Below, piece by piece: positions 27,961 through 37,163 of a DNA stretch of 41,561 bases. The stretch lies in contig CAZKRD010000002.1 of the NCBI GenBank assembly GCA_964555185.1, forward strand, positions 201,707 to 243,267, written 5' to 3'. The stretch comes from an uncultured Candidatus Saccharibacteria bacterium (GTDB taxonomy: Bacteria; Patescibacteriota; JAQUNI01). A model generated the notes under the pieces. The model ran no database searches. It had not been told where the DNA came from and saw only the letters and a program-made list of their open reading frames with translations. Numbering within the stretch: position 1 is the first letter of the stretch; the number at the start of each line of letters is the position of its first letter. Both the position numbers and the translations under genes were made by a program.

Positions 27961-28001
27961 TAAAAAATCCGTAAGCCTATAGTCAATCTAGAACTTACGG
28001 A
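27961..28001 (-). terminator. Putative intrinsic terminator
   Basis: TCCGTAAG/CTTACGGA stem followed by a T-tract on the minus strand. Confidence 0.6.
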
Positions 28002-28111
28002 ATCATCCTTCTGTGGTTGATGTTATCGCATTTGAGAGAGTCCTTTTTCAAATAAACAATACATTAAAACCGAAAATTTAAAATAACATAAACTATATTA
28101 TAAATCAAGAA

Positions 28112-30298
28112 TTATGCTTTTTTATCCTGTTTTTGTTTTATTGGCAAGGTAACAATAAATTCACTGCCGCAGTCTCTGCCCTCTGACTCAATCTCTATTT
28201 TACCGTGATGTCCGGCAATGATATGGCCAGCAAGGTACAAACCTAAGCCCGTACCGCTGGTATAGCCGCGATTTGCCCGCTTGCCTCGAAAGAATTTTTC
28301 ATGGAATAAGTATTTCTTGTCCTCTACTGTTACCCCCATCCCTGTATCTTTGAAGAGAATTTGAATATGATTTTTGTCAAGCCGTTTAAAACTGATTGTT
28401 AAGCCTCCCTCTTTTGTGTATCTCGCGGCATTATCAATAATATTCTGTAAAGCTTGCGGCAGGTAAAGCTTGTCCGCCTGAATCGCGGTTAAGGCCTTTT
28501 TTGGTTTTAAAATTTTGACATAAAGACCTTTCTTTTCGAATCTTGGACGAAGCATCTCCACGAGTTCCTTAATACTATCAAGTAGGTTGAATTTCACAAA
28601 CCTAAATTTAATCCTGCCTTGTTCTAGATTTAAAGTATCAAGCATATCATTAGTAAGGTTGGTCAGTTTTTCACAGGAATCATAAATTCGCTTTTTAGTT
28701 TTCTTTTGCTCTTCGCGCGGTGATCCTTCAAAGTCTTTTTCATTCAACAAAGCAACCAGTCCCCGCAAAGCGGTGAGCGGCGTACGAAGTTGATGAGAAA
28801 CAAGATGTAAGAATTCATTTTTAATTTCAAATAATTTTTTCATATCTTGAGTCTGTTCATCCACTTTTTCTTGCAGATGAGCGGTTAGATCTTGGAGTTC
28901 ATTATAGAGCCGCGCATTTTCAATTGCGACCGAGGATTGATTGGCCAAAGCTTCAAGTAGTTCTAAATCTTGAGAAGAATAAGCATCATGAGAGACTTTA
29001 TTGCCTAAAATAATTAGACCCTGGATTTTTTCTTTTCGAAAGAGAGGCAGGCAAATCGCTACCTTGGGTTTTTCTATTTGTTTTTTTAGACTTTCTAAAT
29101 TGCTCTTCAACTCTTTTTGAGAAGTGCGCTCAATTGCTAATTCTAATTCTTCAAATACTAAAATTTCTTTTGTTTTTTCTAAATATTTAGTAATGAAACC
29201 TGTTTTTGTCAAAGACAGCGCTTCTTCTTTCTGAAAACCAATGATTTTCTGAATTTTATAACTATCTTTATCTTTATTTCTCAATAATACACCGACCTGA
29301 TCTAATCTCATTGTGTCCCGAGTTATCTTTATAATCGAGCTAATGATTTTATCAAGATCAATGGTTGTGGTTAATTCTTGGCTTAATGAACTTACCGTTT
29401 TTTGATAATCACAAAGACTAGTGAACAGATATTTATTCGCGAACCTTTGAAAAATTCGTTTTACCGGATCAAAAATCAAAATCCCAAAAATAAGGCCAAA
29501 AATAATCAGCCAGTAACTAATATTCCTATTGATTGCTGGACTTATCGTCAAGACTCCCGCTTCGGTTACTCCGATCACGACCAAAAGGGACATTATATAG
29601 ACAGTACCTTGTTTAATGATAATCCGAATATCCATAAAGCGGTGTTTAATAATAGCGTAAGTAGTGAAAGCAACAAAGAAAATTAAGCCATAATTACCAA
29701 TCCGGAACACATCCACAGAAACAAATCGTTGAAGGAAAAGATTAATGACTAAAGCGATTAAAGCCGAAATAACAAGACCAAGTAAAATAAAGACTGTTTG
29801 TGTCCTCTTAATACCTTTGGTCTTTTTTAATTTAAAAATTAAAGAAGCAGACCCAGCAATCAAACAAAAAAACATATAGACAACATAAATATAAAAAAGA
29901 GGACCTAAATCAAATTTTAAGCCCTTTTCGGTAATGCGCGGATTAACGGTGACCCATTGAAAAAAGGAGGCGATCGCGAATAATAGGGTAAGCGCAGCAA
30001 CAAGGTAGAATATAATTTTTTTCTTTAAGATAAATATTTCATGGAAGTTAAAACAAAAAAGAAGGAAAAAGTAAAAAACAATTATTCCTGAAGCAAAATC
30101 AATGTTCAGAAAAAGGAAATTCAATTTATCTCCAATAGGAGCATTTTCTAAATAATTCGCGACTATCCAAATAACAATAAAAAAGACCAAAGTACTAAAA
30201 ACTTTATTTATTTTTGATTTTTGTTTTTTTGAAAATGCCAAGATGCCAAGAATAATATGAACAACAACAATTACCGTGACAAAGAATAAGCTTAACAT
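28112..30298 (-). CDS. Sensor histidine kinase (7TM-type N-terminus, GAF, HisKA, HATPase)
   Basis: Multi-TM N-terminus; LEALANQ..VAIENARLY; H-box SHQLRTPLT; NIIDNA; DTGMG; GTGLGL. Confidence 0.92.
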   Translation of the reverse strand: MLSLFFVTVIVVVHIILGILAFSKKQKSKINKVFSTLVFFIVIWIVANYLENAPIGDKLNFLFLNIDFASGIIVFYFFLLFCFNFHEIFILKKKIIFYLVAALTLLFAIASFFQWVTVNPRITEKGLKFDLGPLFYIYVVYMFFCLIAGSASLIFKLKKTKGIKRTQTVFILLGLVISALIALVINLFLQRFVSVDVFRIGNYGLIFFVAFTTYAIIKHRFMDIRIIIKQGTVYIMSLLVVIGVTEAGVLTISPAINRNISYWLIIFGLIFGILIFDPVKRIFQRFANKYLFTSLCDYQKTVSSLSQELTTTIDLDKIISSIIKITRDTMRLDQVGVLLRNKDKDSYKIQKIIGFQKEEALSLTKTGFITKYLEKTKEILVFEELELAIERTSQKELKSNLESLKKQIEKPKVAICLPLFRKEKIQGLIILGNKVSHDAYSSQDLELLEALANQSSVAIENARLYNELQDLTAHLQEKVDEQTQDMKKLFEIKNEFLHLVSHQLRTPLTALRGLVALLNEKDFEGSPREEQKKTKKRIYDSCEKLTNLTNDMLDTLNLEQGRIKFRFVKFNLLDSIKELVEMLRPRFEKKGLYVKILKPKKALTAIQADKLYLPQALQNIIDNAARYTKEGGLTISFKRLDKNHIQILFKDTGMGVTVEDKKYLFHEKFFRGKRANRGYTSGTGLGLYLAGHIIAGHHGKIEIESEGRDCGSEFIVTLPIKQKQDKKA

Positions 30299-30324
30299 AG
30301 AATAAATATTTAGCTCTTTTTTGT

Positions 30325-30389
30325 ATTATACCATAAAAAAAGCATAAAAAAACAATAAAGTTGACTGAACATTGATTTATTACTATAAT
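30325..30389. promoter_or_regulatory. Back-to-back divergent promoters (kinase / radical SAM)
   Basis: Plus strand TTGACT-17nt-TATAAT at 30361-30389; minus strand TGgTATAAT at 30333-30325. Confidence 0.65.
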
Positions 30390-30446
30390 TCCAAATTGAG
30401 AGAAGAAGGGTTGAAATTCCATTTAGTATTTTTCTAAAAAAGGCAG

Positions 30447-31472
30447 GTGATAAAAACAATGATCGGGAGAAAAATAGTAAGGAAAATGATAGAAAGTATT
30501 GCTGGAGTAAAGAACTTTTCGTACCTAGAAGACATTTATGACCCTGAAATAAGATCTAGCGCTAAAAGATGGGTTATCATGGTTCCGGGACTAGGATGTG
30601 AGTGGGCGCATTGTTATATGTGCGGATTTAGCACTGCGACAGAAAGATTGCAAATTGGAAGCAAACAGTGTTCTAAGTTTGAAATTCTGCTTGCTTATTA
30701 TCTTGGCAGATATATTGCTAACCTCGCTTCTGCCAAACCAAGATTTGTTGCTCTTTATAATGGAGGAAGTTTTCTAAACCCTACTGAGGTTCCTGCTTTT
30801 ATTCAAGAAAGAATCATCAAAGAAATCGCGAGGATGAAAAGTGTTAAAAAAATTCTAATCGAGTCAAGACCAGAGTATATTTCAACGAAAAAAATTGCAA
30901 ATCTTCAACGTTTTTTTCGTGAAGACCAAGCCATTATTGTCGGCATTGGTCTTGAATGCCAATCAGACTCAATAAGAAAGCGTTGTGTAAACAAAGGATT
31001 TGGAAAAAAAGAATACGAGCAAGCAGTCAAAGCCTTGCTGTCTGTAGGGGCTAAAGTTCTCACTTACGTGCTCTTAAAACCCCTCTATTTGAATGAAGAG
31101 GAAGCGATTGAGGAAGCGATTGAAACGATTAAATATGCTTTTTCAACAGGGAGTAGCTTTGTAGCACTTCAATCAGCATTTGTTCAAAAAAACACCTTGA
31201 TGCATAAATTGTATTTAGAGGACAATTATCATCCACCTTCTTTATGGAGTATTATTGAAGTTGTTACCCAAAGCTATCAATATGGCCCAATCCATGTTGG
31301 TAATCTGACTGATGAACCGCCTCCGATTGCCATTCCTGCAAATTGTGGAAAATGTGATGCAGAAATAATTTCCGCTTTCCAAAAATTCAATAGCAGTCAG
31401 GACATATCCGTGTTTCAGAATATCAATTGTCCCTGCAAACAAGATTGGATGGGAAAAATAAAAAGCCTGTGA
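30447..31472 (+). CDS. Radical SAM protein, RaSEA (archaeosine synthesis)-like
   Basis: GCEWAHCYMCG, GSFLN..EVP, ESRPEY, GIGLE, NKG, YVLLKP, PPSLWS, NCGKCD, C.C...W; this motif order resembles archaeal RaSEA. Confidence 0.85.
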   Translation: MIKTMIGRKIVRKMIESIAGVKNFSYLEDIYDPEIRSSAKRWVIMVPGLGCEWAHCYMCGFSTATERLQIGSKQCSKFEILLAYYLGRYIANLASAKPRFVALYNGGSFLNPTEVPAFIQERIIKEIARMKSVKKILIESRPEYISTKKIANLQRFFREDQAIIVGIGLECQSDSIRKRCVNKGFGKKEYEQAVKALLSVGAKVLTYVLLKPLYLNEEEAIEEAIETIKYAFSTGSSFVALQSAFVQKNTLMHKLYLEDNYHPPSLWSIIEVVTQSYQYGPIHVGNLTDEPPPIAIPANCGKCDAEIISAFQKFNSSQDISVFQNINCPCKQDWMGKIKSL

Positions 31473-31501
31473 CTTACCTAAATAGCACAGGCTATTTTTT
31501 A
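31461..31501. terminator. Bidirectional intrinsic terminator
   Basis: AAAAGCCTGTG...CACAGGCTATTTTTT between convergent genes. Confidence 0.75.
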
Positions 31502-31508
31502 TCCTCTA

Positions 31509-32222
31509 CTAAACCAAAATAGTATCTAAATGCAAAACCTCATTAGGAATTAAAGGAGCAAATTTTGGATTTTTCCAAACAATGAGAGCCCCAAAGTTTA
31601 ATGAGCTTGGGTCAGCAAAATAATCCTTAAGAGGACGTACCACATCTAATCCGCATTGTCTGTAAATATGAATTTCGGGGTCCAGAGCTCTATTTGAACT
31701 TGTTTCTGCAAAGATATAATACATTGCCAATTCATCAATATCAGAATTGTTCCCGGACTTTCTTTCTTTGGTAACGTATTTTGCAAAACCTGGTATCCGA
31801 CTGCCGATAGCCCCCATCCATAAGTCACGTTCTGTAATCATCCCAGTAATTGCTCTTTCGATTGCTGCTACAATTCCATTACCATAATGACTAGGCTTAA
31901 CACTTAGGTTAACCCCGTAAACGCAATTGCCCTCGGGATTATGCGTAGCTTTGATTGTGCCCTGATCGGTAATTTGAGCCCAACTGAAATCACCTTGTAG
32001 TAATTCCGAGCTTATAATCTGAGTTACTGCCGCACCTAAAATTGAACTATCTGCTTCGGCAATAAAAATACCATCCGGAAAAGTTGCTAATCTCGATCTA
32101 TATGTTGTCTCATCAGCTCGTAAACCTTCTGGCCAGGCTTCAATCTCAAGTTGCAACAAGGCTGGCAAGTCTCCTATGGTGGCAGCTCTAACTACAATTT
32201 CCTTAGCATTCATTCTCCACAC
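31509..32222 (-). CDS. GNAT-fold acetyltransferase (YkwB-like)
   Basis: VRAAT..D...L..LE..AWP, THNPEG..VYGVNLSV.P, SRIPGF, DPSSLNFGALIVWKNP; AGGAGG upstream (start may be ATG 32213). Confidence 0.75.
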   Translation of the reverse strand: MWRMNAKEIVVRAATIGDLPALLQLEIEAWPEGLRADETTYRSRLATFPDGIFIAEADSSILGAAVTQIISSELLQGDFSWAQITDQGTIKATHNPEGNCVYGVNLSVKPSHYGNGIVAAIERAITGMITERDLWMGAIGSRIPGFAKYVTKERKSGNNSDIDELAMYYIFAETSSNRALDPEIHIYRQCGLDVVRPLKDYFADPSSLNFGALIVWKNPKFAPLIPNEVLHLDTILV

Positions 32223-32367
32223 CTCCTAATTTTTTTCATTTCTGTTTCTATCTCCTCTATGACTAATTACCCACCTATTTATAATAATATAAAGGAATGA
32301 TTTTGACAAACCGTTAAAGCAAAAGAATATTCAAAAAAATCAAGAATAAGTTATGCTCTTGTTTAGA

Positions 32368-33780
32368 TTAACTCACCGCTCTTTTTTGAAAAACAGCCAA
32401 TGGCGTACGTAAGAGCACCCAAAGATCAAGTCGTGGTGACCAGTTCTCGATATAGTAGGTATCCAGGCGCACCTCTTCTTCAAAATCCAAGTCGCTGCGG
32501 CCCGAAATTTGGGCCAAGCCCGTAATCCCCGGCTTAATTTTTAATACCTTTTTGTGGTGTTTTTTGTATCTCGCTACTTCTTCCGGGAGATGCGGCCTGG
32601 GACCGACCAAGCTCATCTTGCCGATAAAAACCAAAAATAATTCTGATAGCTCGTCAATCGAAAAGCGGCGAATAAACCTGCCGACCGGCGTGATCCGCGG
32701 ATCATTTTTTATTTTAACCATCGGCGTGCCTTTGCGAATATTCTTTTTTGCTAAAACCGTGTAGCGTAAGTTGTCCATCTTTGGTTTCATTGATCTAAAT
32801 TTGAAATAACGAAAAAGCTTGCCTCTCTGGCCAACCCGTTTTAAGGGACTGTCATCATCAAGCCGGGAAAAAAATATCGGGCCCCGAGAATCAATTTTGA
32901 TCGCAATCGCGGTTGCCAGCATTATTGGACTCAAAACAATAATTAGAATTGCGGACATCGCAATATCAAAAATTCTCTTGAAAATTCTGCCCCAGCCGTC
33001 AAGCACGGTATCTTTTAGTTCCACGACTGGAATACCAGAAACTGTTTCAATATCAATATTGGTCGTTTTGGCTCCTAATAGATCTGGAACAAATTTATAA
33101 ACAATATGGTTAACATCACAATAGTCCACAAGCCGCAAAACTTCTCTTTTAGAAATTGCCGAGCTGCATTGAATCACTTCGTCAATCCCGTTTCTTTGAC
33201 GAGCCCGTTCTAGTTTTTCAATCAGTTGGGCCCCCGGCATAATCTGCGCCATAATCTTGTAGCCCAAACGAGGTTCACTTTTGTATTTATTGACCAAGGT
33301 CTTACCGATTGTTTCATTGCCAATAATCGCCACTCGGTGAATGCCGTAGTCGTATTTTAAAAGCGTCCTTTGGGAAATCCGGATCACGAAACGACCAATG
33401 ATCACATAAACAACAGCCAAACCCCAGACTGCCAAGAAAATAAAGCGAGAAGAAAACAATTCCCGTTTAAAAAACAACACTATAATCAAAGCCATCATCA
33501 CAGCAGAGATACTGATAAAGACGCGGTAAGCTTCCCGGATCCCGCCGCGAGTAGTCTTCAAATTGTAAAGCCCAGTCAGGGCAAAAGCGGCTAAACAAAA
33601 CAAAGCGGCGACCCCGCTCCAAATTACATATTCTTTTAAACTAAAACCATAGGTTGCCGGTTTGATTTCAGTAACGATGTCAGAAAAACGTAAATAATAA
33701 GCAGTAAGCGCGGCTAAAATAATCATCAAGAAGTCAAACGGCACCAGCAAAAAGCTAAAAAATAATTCTGATTTTTTCAT
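32368..33780 (-). CDS. Priming polyprenyl-phosphate sugar transferase (WcaJ/CpsE-like)
   Basis: KRIFDI, KFRSM, DPRIT..GRFIR..SIDEL, MSLVGPRP, KPGITGLAQISGR. Start set at ATG 33780 because the earlier start lies in the rnpB downstream hairpin. Confidence 0.93.
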   Translation of the reverse strand: MKKSELFFSFLLVPFDFLMIILAALTAYYLRFSDIVTEIKPATYGFSLKEYVIWSGVAALFCLAAFALTGLYNLKTTRGGIREAYRVFISISAVMMALIIVLFFKRELFSSRFIFLAVWGLAVVYVIIGRFVIRISQRTLLKYDYGIHRVAIIGNETIGKTLVNKYKSEPRLGYKIMAQIMPGAQLIEKLERARQRNGIDEVIQCSSAISKREVLRLVDYCDVNHIVYKFVPDLLGAKTTNIDIETVSGIPVVELKDTVLDGWGRIFKRIFDIAMSAILIIVLSPIMLATAIAIKIDSRGPIFFSRLDDDSPLKRVGQRGKLFRYFKFRSMKPKMDNLRYTVLAKKNIRKGTPMVKIKNDPRITPVGRFIRRFSIDELSELFLVFIGKMSLVGPRPHLPEEVARYKKHHKKVLKIKPGITGLAQISGRSDLDFEEEVRLDTYYIENWSPRLDLWVLLRTPLAVFQKRAVS

Positions 33781-33791
33781 AGTATTTACAC

Positions 33792-33827
33792 TAATAAACA
33801 TCAACCTTTAGAAGTTGATGTTTATTA
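33792..33827 (-). terminator. Hairpin immediately downstream of rnpB
   Basis: 14-bp perfect stem TAATAAACATCAAC/GTTGATGTTTATTA. Confidence 0.65.
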
Positions 33828-33830
33828 TTA

Positions 33831-34351
33831 CTTTGAGTAAGCCTGTAAGCCGAATTCTGTGCACTGTTTTTAAAAAACAATGCGATGGCCATCTATCTGG
33901 GATTTAAGTTGCCTTAAACCTCAAGCGTCTTCTCTGTATCGTAAGGGCTTGATTTATCAAGCACCCGTTAATACAAGAGCACAGACTTGCACCAGGCAGG
34001 GTTTAGCACTTGATCTATATCGCTATAGATAAGAGAGGTTTCTTACCGCCTCACGTTTCACCTTTACCCGCCCCTCAAAAAAGGGCGGGAAGTTTAGTTT
34101 CTGTGCCACTTTCCCTGGGCTCTGTAAAGAATCAGATCTCGAGAATCTCATCCTTTACTCTTCCCGGTCGCTGTTAACGACTGCCTTCTACTCTTTTATT
34201 GAACTTTAAACTACAGAAAGGCTTGTCCTCTGAAGCTCTTCAGCAAAAGAAGGGCCTGTCCTCTGAAGCTTTAGCGAAAGAGGGTGTTCGGACTTTCCTC
34301 CCCATTACCTTAAAAAACAGGTAAAGGGGCAACCATCCAGCTCACTCAAAG
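33831..34351 (-). ncRNA. rnpB: RNase P RNA (unusually long, ~520 nt)
   Basis: P1 CTTTGAGTGAGC/GCTTACTCAAAG; GAGGAAAGTCCGAAC; AGTGGCACAGAAAC; GGTGAAACG; ACAGAATTCGGCTTA. Confidence 0.93.
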
Positions 34352-34358
34352 CCATCTA

Positions 34359-34387
34359 ATTATATCTAAATTCACCAAAAAAGTCAA
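34359..34387 (-). promoter_or_regulatory. rnpB promoter
   Basis: TTGACT-17nt-TATAAT, 7 nt before P1. Confidence 0.8.
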
Positions 34388-34453
34388 ATAAAAAAGACTA
34401 TTAATTCTAAAATATTAAAACTAATAATCTAAAATGATATATAACTAGAATAA

Positions 34454-35422
34454 CTAGAATAAAGCGCTGACCGACTCACCAAGATAAATGTTTCTAACGC
34501 AATGAGCCAAGTGCTCTGAAATGTCAACTATCTTTATTTTATCACTATGATTCTTTTGGGCTATTGTGTTGGTCACGATCACACTGGTTAACCTAGATCC
34601 ATTGATGCGCTCTAATGATCCCTCCGTAAGGATACCGTGGATAGCGCAAAAATGGACTTCTTGCGCACCTATTATCTCAAAGAGATAATTCGCGTCTGTT
34701 ATTGCCGTGCCTGCGCTTTGAATCTCATCATCAAACATCAAGACCTTTTTGCCGCGGATTTTCTCTGGATCAGCGATCAGGTTGATAATTTCAACCTCTT
34801 CATCGCCGGTTCGCTGTTTATCAATCAAACCAACATAAGATAACCCCAACCTTCGAGCTGCGCGTGAATTTATCTTGCTGCTTCCATTGTCAGGAGCGAG
34901 CACAACCCATGTGTCATTGTTAATAGCCAAACCAACCTGCTCCTGCAAAGCTTGGCAAAAGCACTTATCTGGTTTGATATTATCAAAGGGTTTTGCAAAC
35001 CCCTGGATGGGATCGCTGTGAAGAGTTACTGCGCACAGACGATAAGCACCAGCAGCTTCCGTGAAAATATCACACACCAATTTAGCGCCTATTGCTATCC
35101 TGCCCCTATCCTTCTTATCTTGACGCACATAAGGAAAATAAGGGGCTAAATAAGTAATCCGGTCAGCCGAAGCTCTACAAGCTGCGTCTATCAACAAGGC
35201 TCCCTGGATAACATTAAAATCTACGGGAGGACAAGAGGTTTGTAAAATAACAACTTTGCGCTCACGAACATTCTGTTTGATTTGCACCCATTGATTACCC
35301 TCTGGATACACACCAAAATCAACTTCAACTGGTTCAATGCCTAAATGACCGCATATTTTTCTACCCAATGCAGGATGTGATTGTCCTATAATGAATCTAA
35401 GATCTTTAATATCATGATTCAT
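34454..35422 (-). CDS. prs: Ribose-phosphate pyrophosphokinase
   Basis: PYFPYVRQDKK, LHS.PIQGF, LAPDNG, FDDEIQSAGT, HGIL, VIVTNTI. Confidence 0.92.
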   Translation of the reverse strand: MNHDIKDLRFIIGQSHPALGRKICGHLGIEPVEVDFGVYPEGNQWVQIKQNVRERKVVILQTSCPPVDFNVIQGALLIDAACRASADRITYLAPYFPYVRQDKKDRGRIAIGAKLVCDIFTEAAGAYRLCAVTLHSDPIQGFAKPFDNIKPDKCFCQALQEQVGLAINNDTWVVLAPDNGSSKINSRAARRLGLSYVGLIDKQRTGDEEVEIINLIADPEKIRGKKVLMFDDEIQSAGTAITDANYLFEIIGAQEVHFCAIHGILTEGSLERINGSRLTSVIVTNTIAQKNHSDKIKIVDISEHLAHCVRNIYLGESVSALF

Positions 35423-35497
35423 ATCGGAATTCCTTTCATTAAGAATAAAGTGCGATTAAATTTAAAAAGGACAGATTCGTCCCTCCAATTCACTTTC

Positions 35498-35526
35498 ATT
35501 TTAAACTCTAAATAAGCTGATGTCAA
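35498..35526 (-). promoter_or_regulatory. prs promoter
   Basis: TTGACA-17nt-TAAAAT. Confidence 0.7.
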
Positions 35527-35539
35527 ACCGAAGAATATT

Positions 35540-35582
35540 AAAAAAGGCTTGAGAACAGGAAAAAGATATCCTTTTCTAAGCC
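35540..35582 (-). terminator. Putative terminator of the 76-aa gene
   Basis: Imperfect GGCTTAG.../...AAGCC stem followed by a T-tract. Confidence 0.5.
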
Positions 35583-35611
35583 CTAGAATCTAGAAATCTA
35601 AAGAAGAAACA

Positions 35612-35842
35612 TTATCGATTCCTATAATGTTGCTCTATGCCGCGACTAATCGCCGCTTCGATGTCCTCACCGGACTTCTTCTCTAATGCTTCAATGGACA
35701 ATTTGAGCAGATGAGGTGCATTTCTATCAACATTTCTGATATTATATGCTTCTGCGCCTACCTCTTGAAGCTTTTTACGAATCACAGCCATCCTAGCTTG
35801 TTCGTCATCTGAAAATACTCTTTCACCTTTTTTGGTCTTCAC
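35612..35842 (-). CDS. Hypothetical 76-aa helical protein
   Basis: GAGGAGG SD 7 nt before GTG; downstream terminator. Confidence 0.7.
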   Translation of the reverse strand: MKTKKGERVFSDDEQARMAVIRKKLQEVGAEAYNIRNVDRNAPHLLKLSIEALEKKSGEDIEAAISRGIEQHYRNR

Positions 35843-36105
35843 TACAATTCCTCCTCTAAATTCATAAACTTCATTGGGCTTACAAGGAACAAATAGCTAC
35901 GCAAATAGATTATATAATCACTTCTTATTTTTATAACGTTTTTTCAAAAAATGCAAGGATTCTCTATTATTGCGATGAATCCGCCCAAAGAGTGAAGCGA
36001 TACCTATTTGCCGCCTGAAAACGGATAACTTTGTTTTATTGACTGGTAATTTTTAGGGTAATTTATTGAAATTGTGGGAATTCAACTATCTTGCTAATCT
36101 TTTTT

Positions 36106-36180
36106 TGTCATTCCCGCGAAAGCGGGAATCCAGGATCCTTGCTGTAAAACTCTAGATCCTCGATCAGGTCGAGGATGACA
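36106..36180. repeat. REP/MITE-like two-hairpin element
   Basis: TGTCATTCCCGCGAAAGCGGGAATCCA...GATCCTCGATCAGGTCGAGGATGACA; inverted ends TGTCAT/ATGACA. Confidence 0.8.
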
Positions 36181-36195
36181 GCTTACTCGATCTGC

Positions 36196-37158
36196 TCAAA
36201 GCGTTGTAATCGGCCGGGATTGGGTAATATAGATCTTGTCTTTGAAATAAGCCCATTCAATATCTTGAGGATATTTATAATGCTTTTCTATGTTTTGGCA
36301 AATTTTGGCTAATTTTAAAATCTTCGAATCACTTAGTTTTTGCTTTTCTTGTTTGCTTTCCGGTACTGTCACCTCTTCTATACCTTGTTTCCCTTTCTTC
36401 ACAATCATCATCTTCTGTTCTGAAATGTTTTTATCTATAATTATTAGTTTTGCATTTTGAGATTTGAGATTTGATTTATTTACGATATAAGTATCCGGGG
36501 TAATCTTTCCACCGACAATTGCCTCTCCCAAACCATACCCTGCCTCAATCACCATTTGATTTTTGTCTCTGGTCACTGGATGGACCGTAAAACAAATTCC
36601 CGAGATTTCTGATTGGATCATTTTTTGAACCGCAACCGCGACTGAAACTTTTTGATCTTCTAGATTTTTTTCAAAACGATAAAAAATCGCCCGCGGCGTA
36701 AAAAGCGATGACCAGCATTTCTTTACAGATTCTAAAAGATTATCGCGAGTAACATTCAGATAAGTTTCAAGTTCACCAGCCCAGGATGCAACAGCTGAAT
36801 CTTCGGCCGTGGCTGATGAACGGACAGCCACGTATTCCGCTTTTAACTTTGAAAAACCTTTTAATATTTCATTGCCTAAGTCTTTTGGAAATTCCTGATC
36901 CCGCATTAAATCGCGAATCTTATCTGATGCTGATTCCACAGTGTCCATATTTTTAGCATCCACTTTAGGCAGAATCGCCTTAATCTCCACGCCCAAATCC
37001 GTATCTGCCAAAAATTGCTCAAAAGCCGGCGCTGTAACCACAAATCCTGGAGGCACAGGAATCCCGTTTCTGGTCATCTCACCCAAAGAAGCGCCCTTGC
37101 CTCCGGCAATCTCAACATCATTTTTTGAAATTTCCTGAAAAGATTTCAAATAGTCCAT
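36196..37158 (-). CDS. Stand-alone PEP-synthase/PPDK N-terminal ATP-grasp domain
   Basis: GGKGASLGE, PVPPGF, AVRSSATAED, SWAG, GLGEAIVGG..TPD, QDIEWA; ends at QSRPITTL. Confidence 0.92.
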   Translation of the reverse strand: MDYLKSFQEISKNDVEIAGGKGASLGEMTRNGIPVPPGFVVTAPAFEQFLADTDLGVEIKAILPKVDAKNMDTVESASDKIRDLMRDQEFPKDLGNEILKGFSKLKAEYVAVRSSATAEDSAVASWAGELETYLNVTRDNLLESVKKCWSSLFTPRAIFYRFEKNLEDQKVSVAVAVQKMIQSEISGICFTVHPVTRDKNQMVIEAGYGLGEAIVGGKITPDTYIVNKSNLKSQNAKLIIIDKNISEQKMMIVKKGKQGIEEVTVPESKQEKQKLSDSKILKLAKICQNIEKHYKYPQDIEWAYFKDKIYITQSRPITTL

Positions 37159-37163
37159 ATTTT

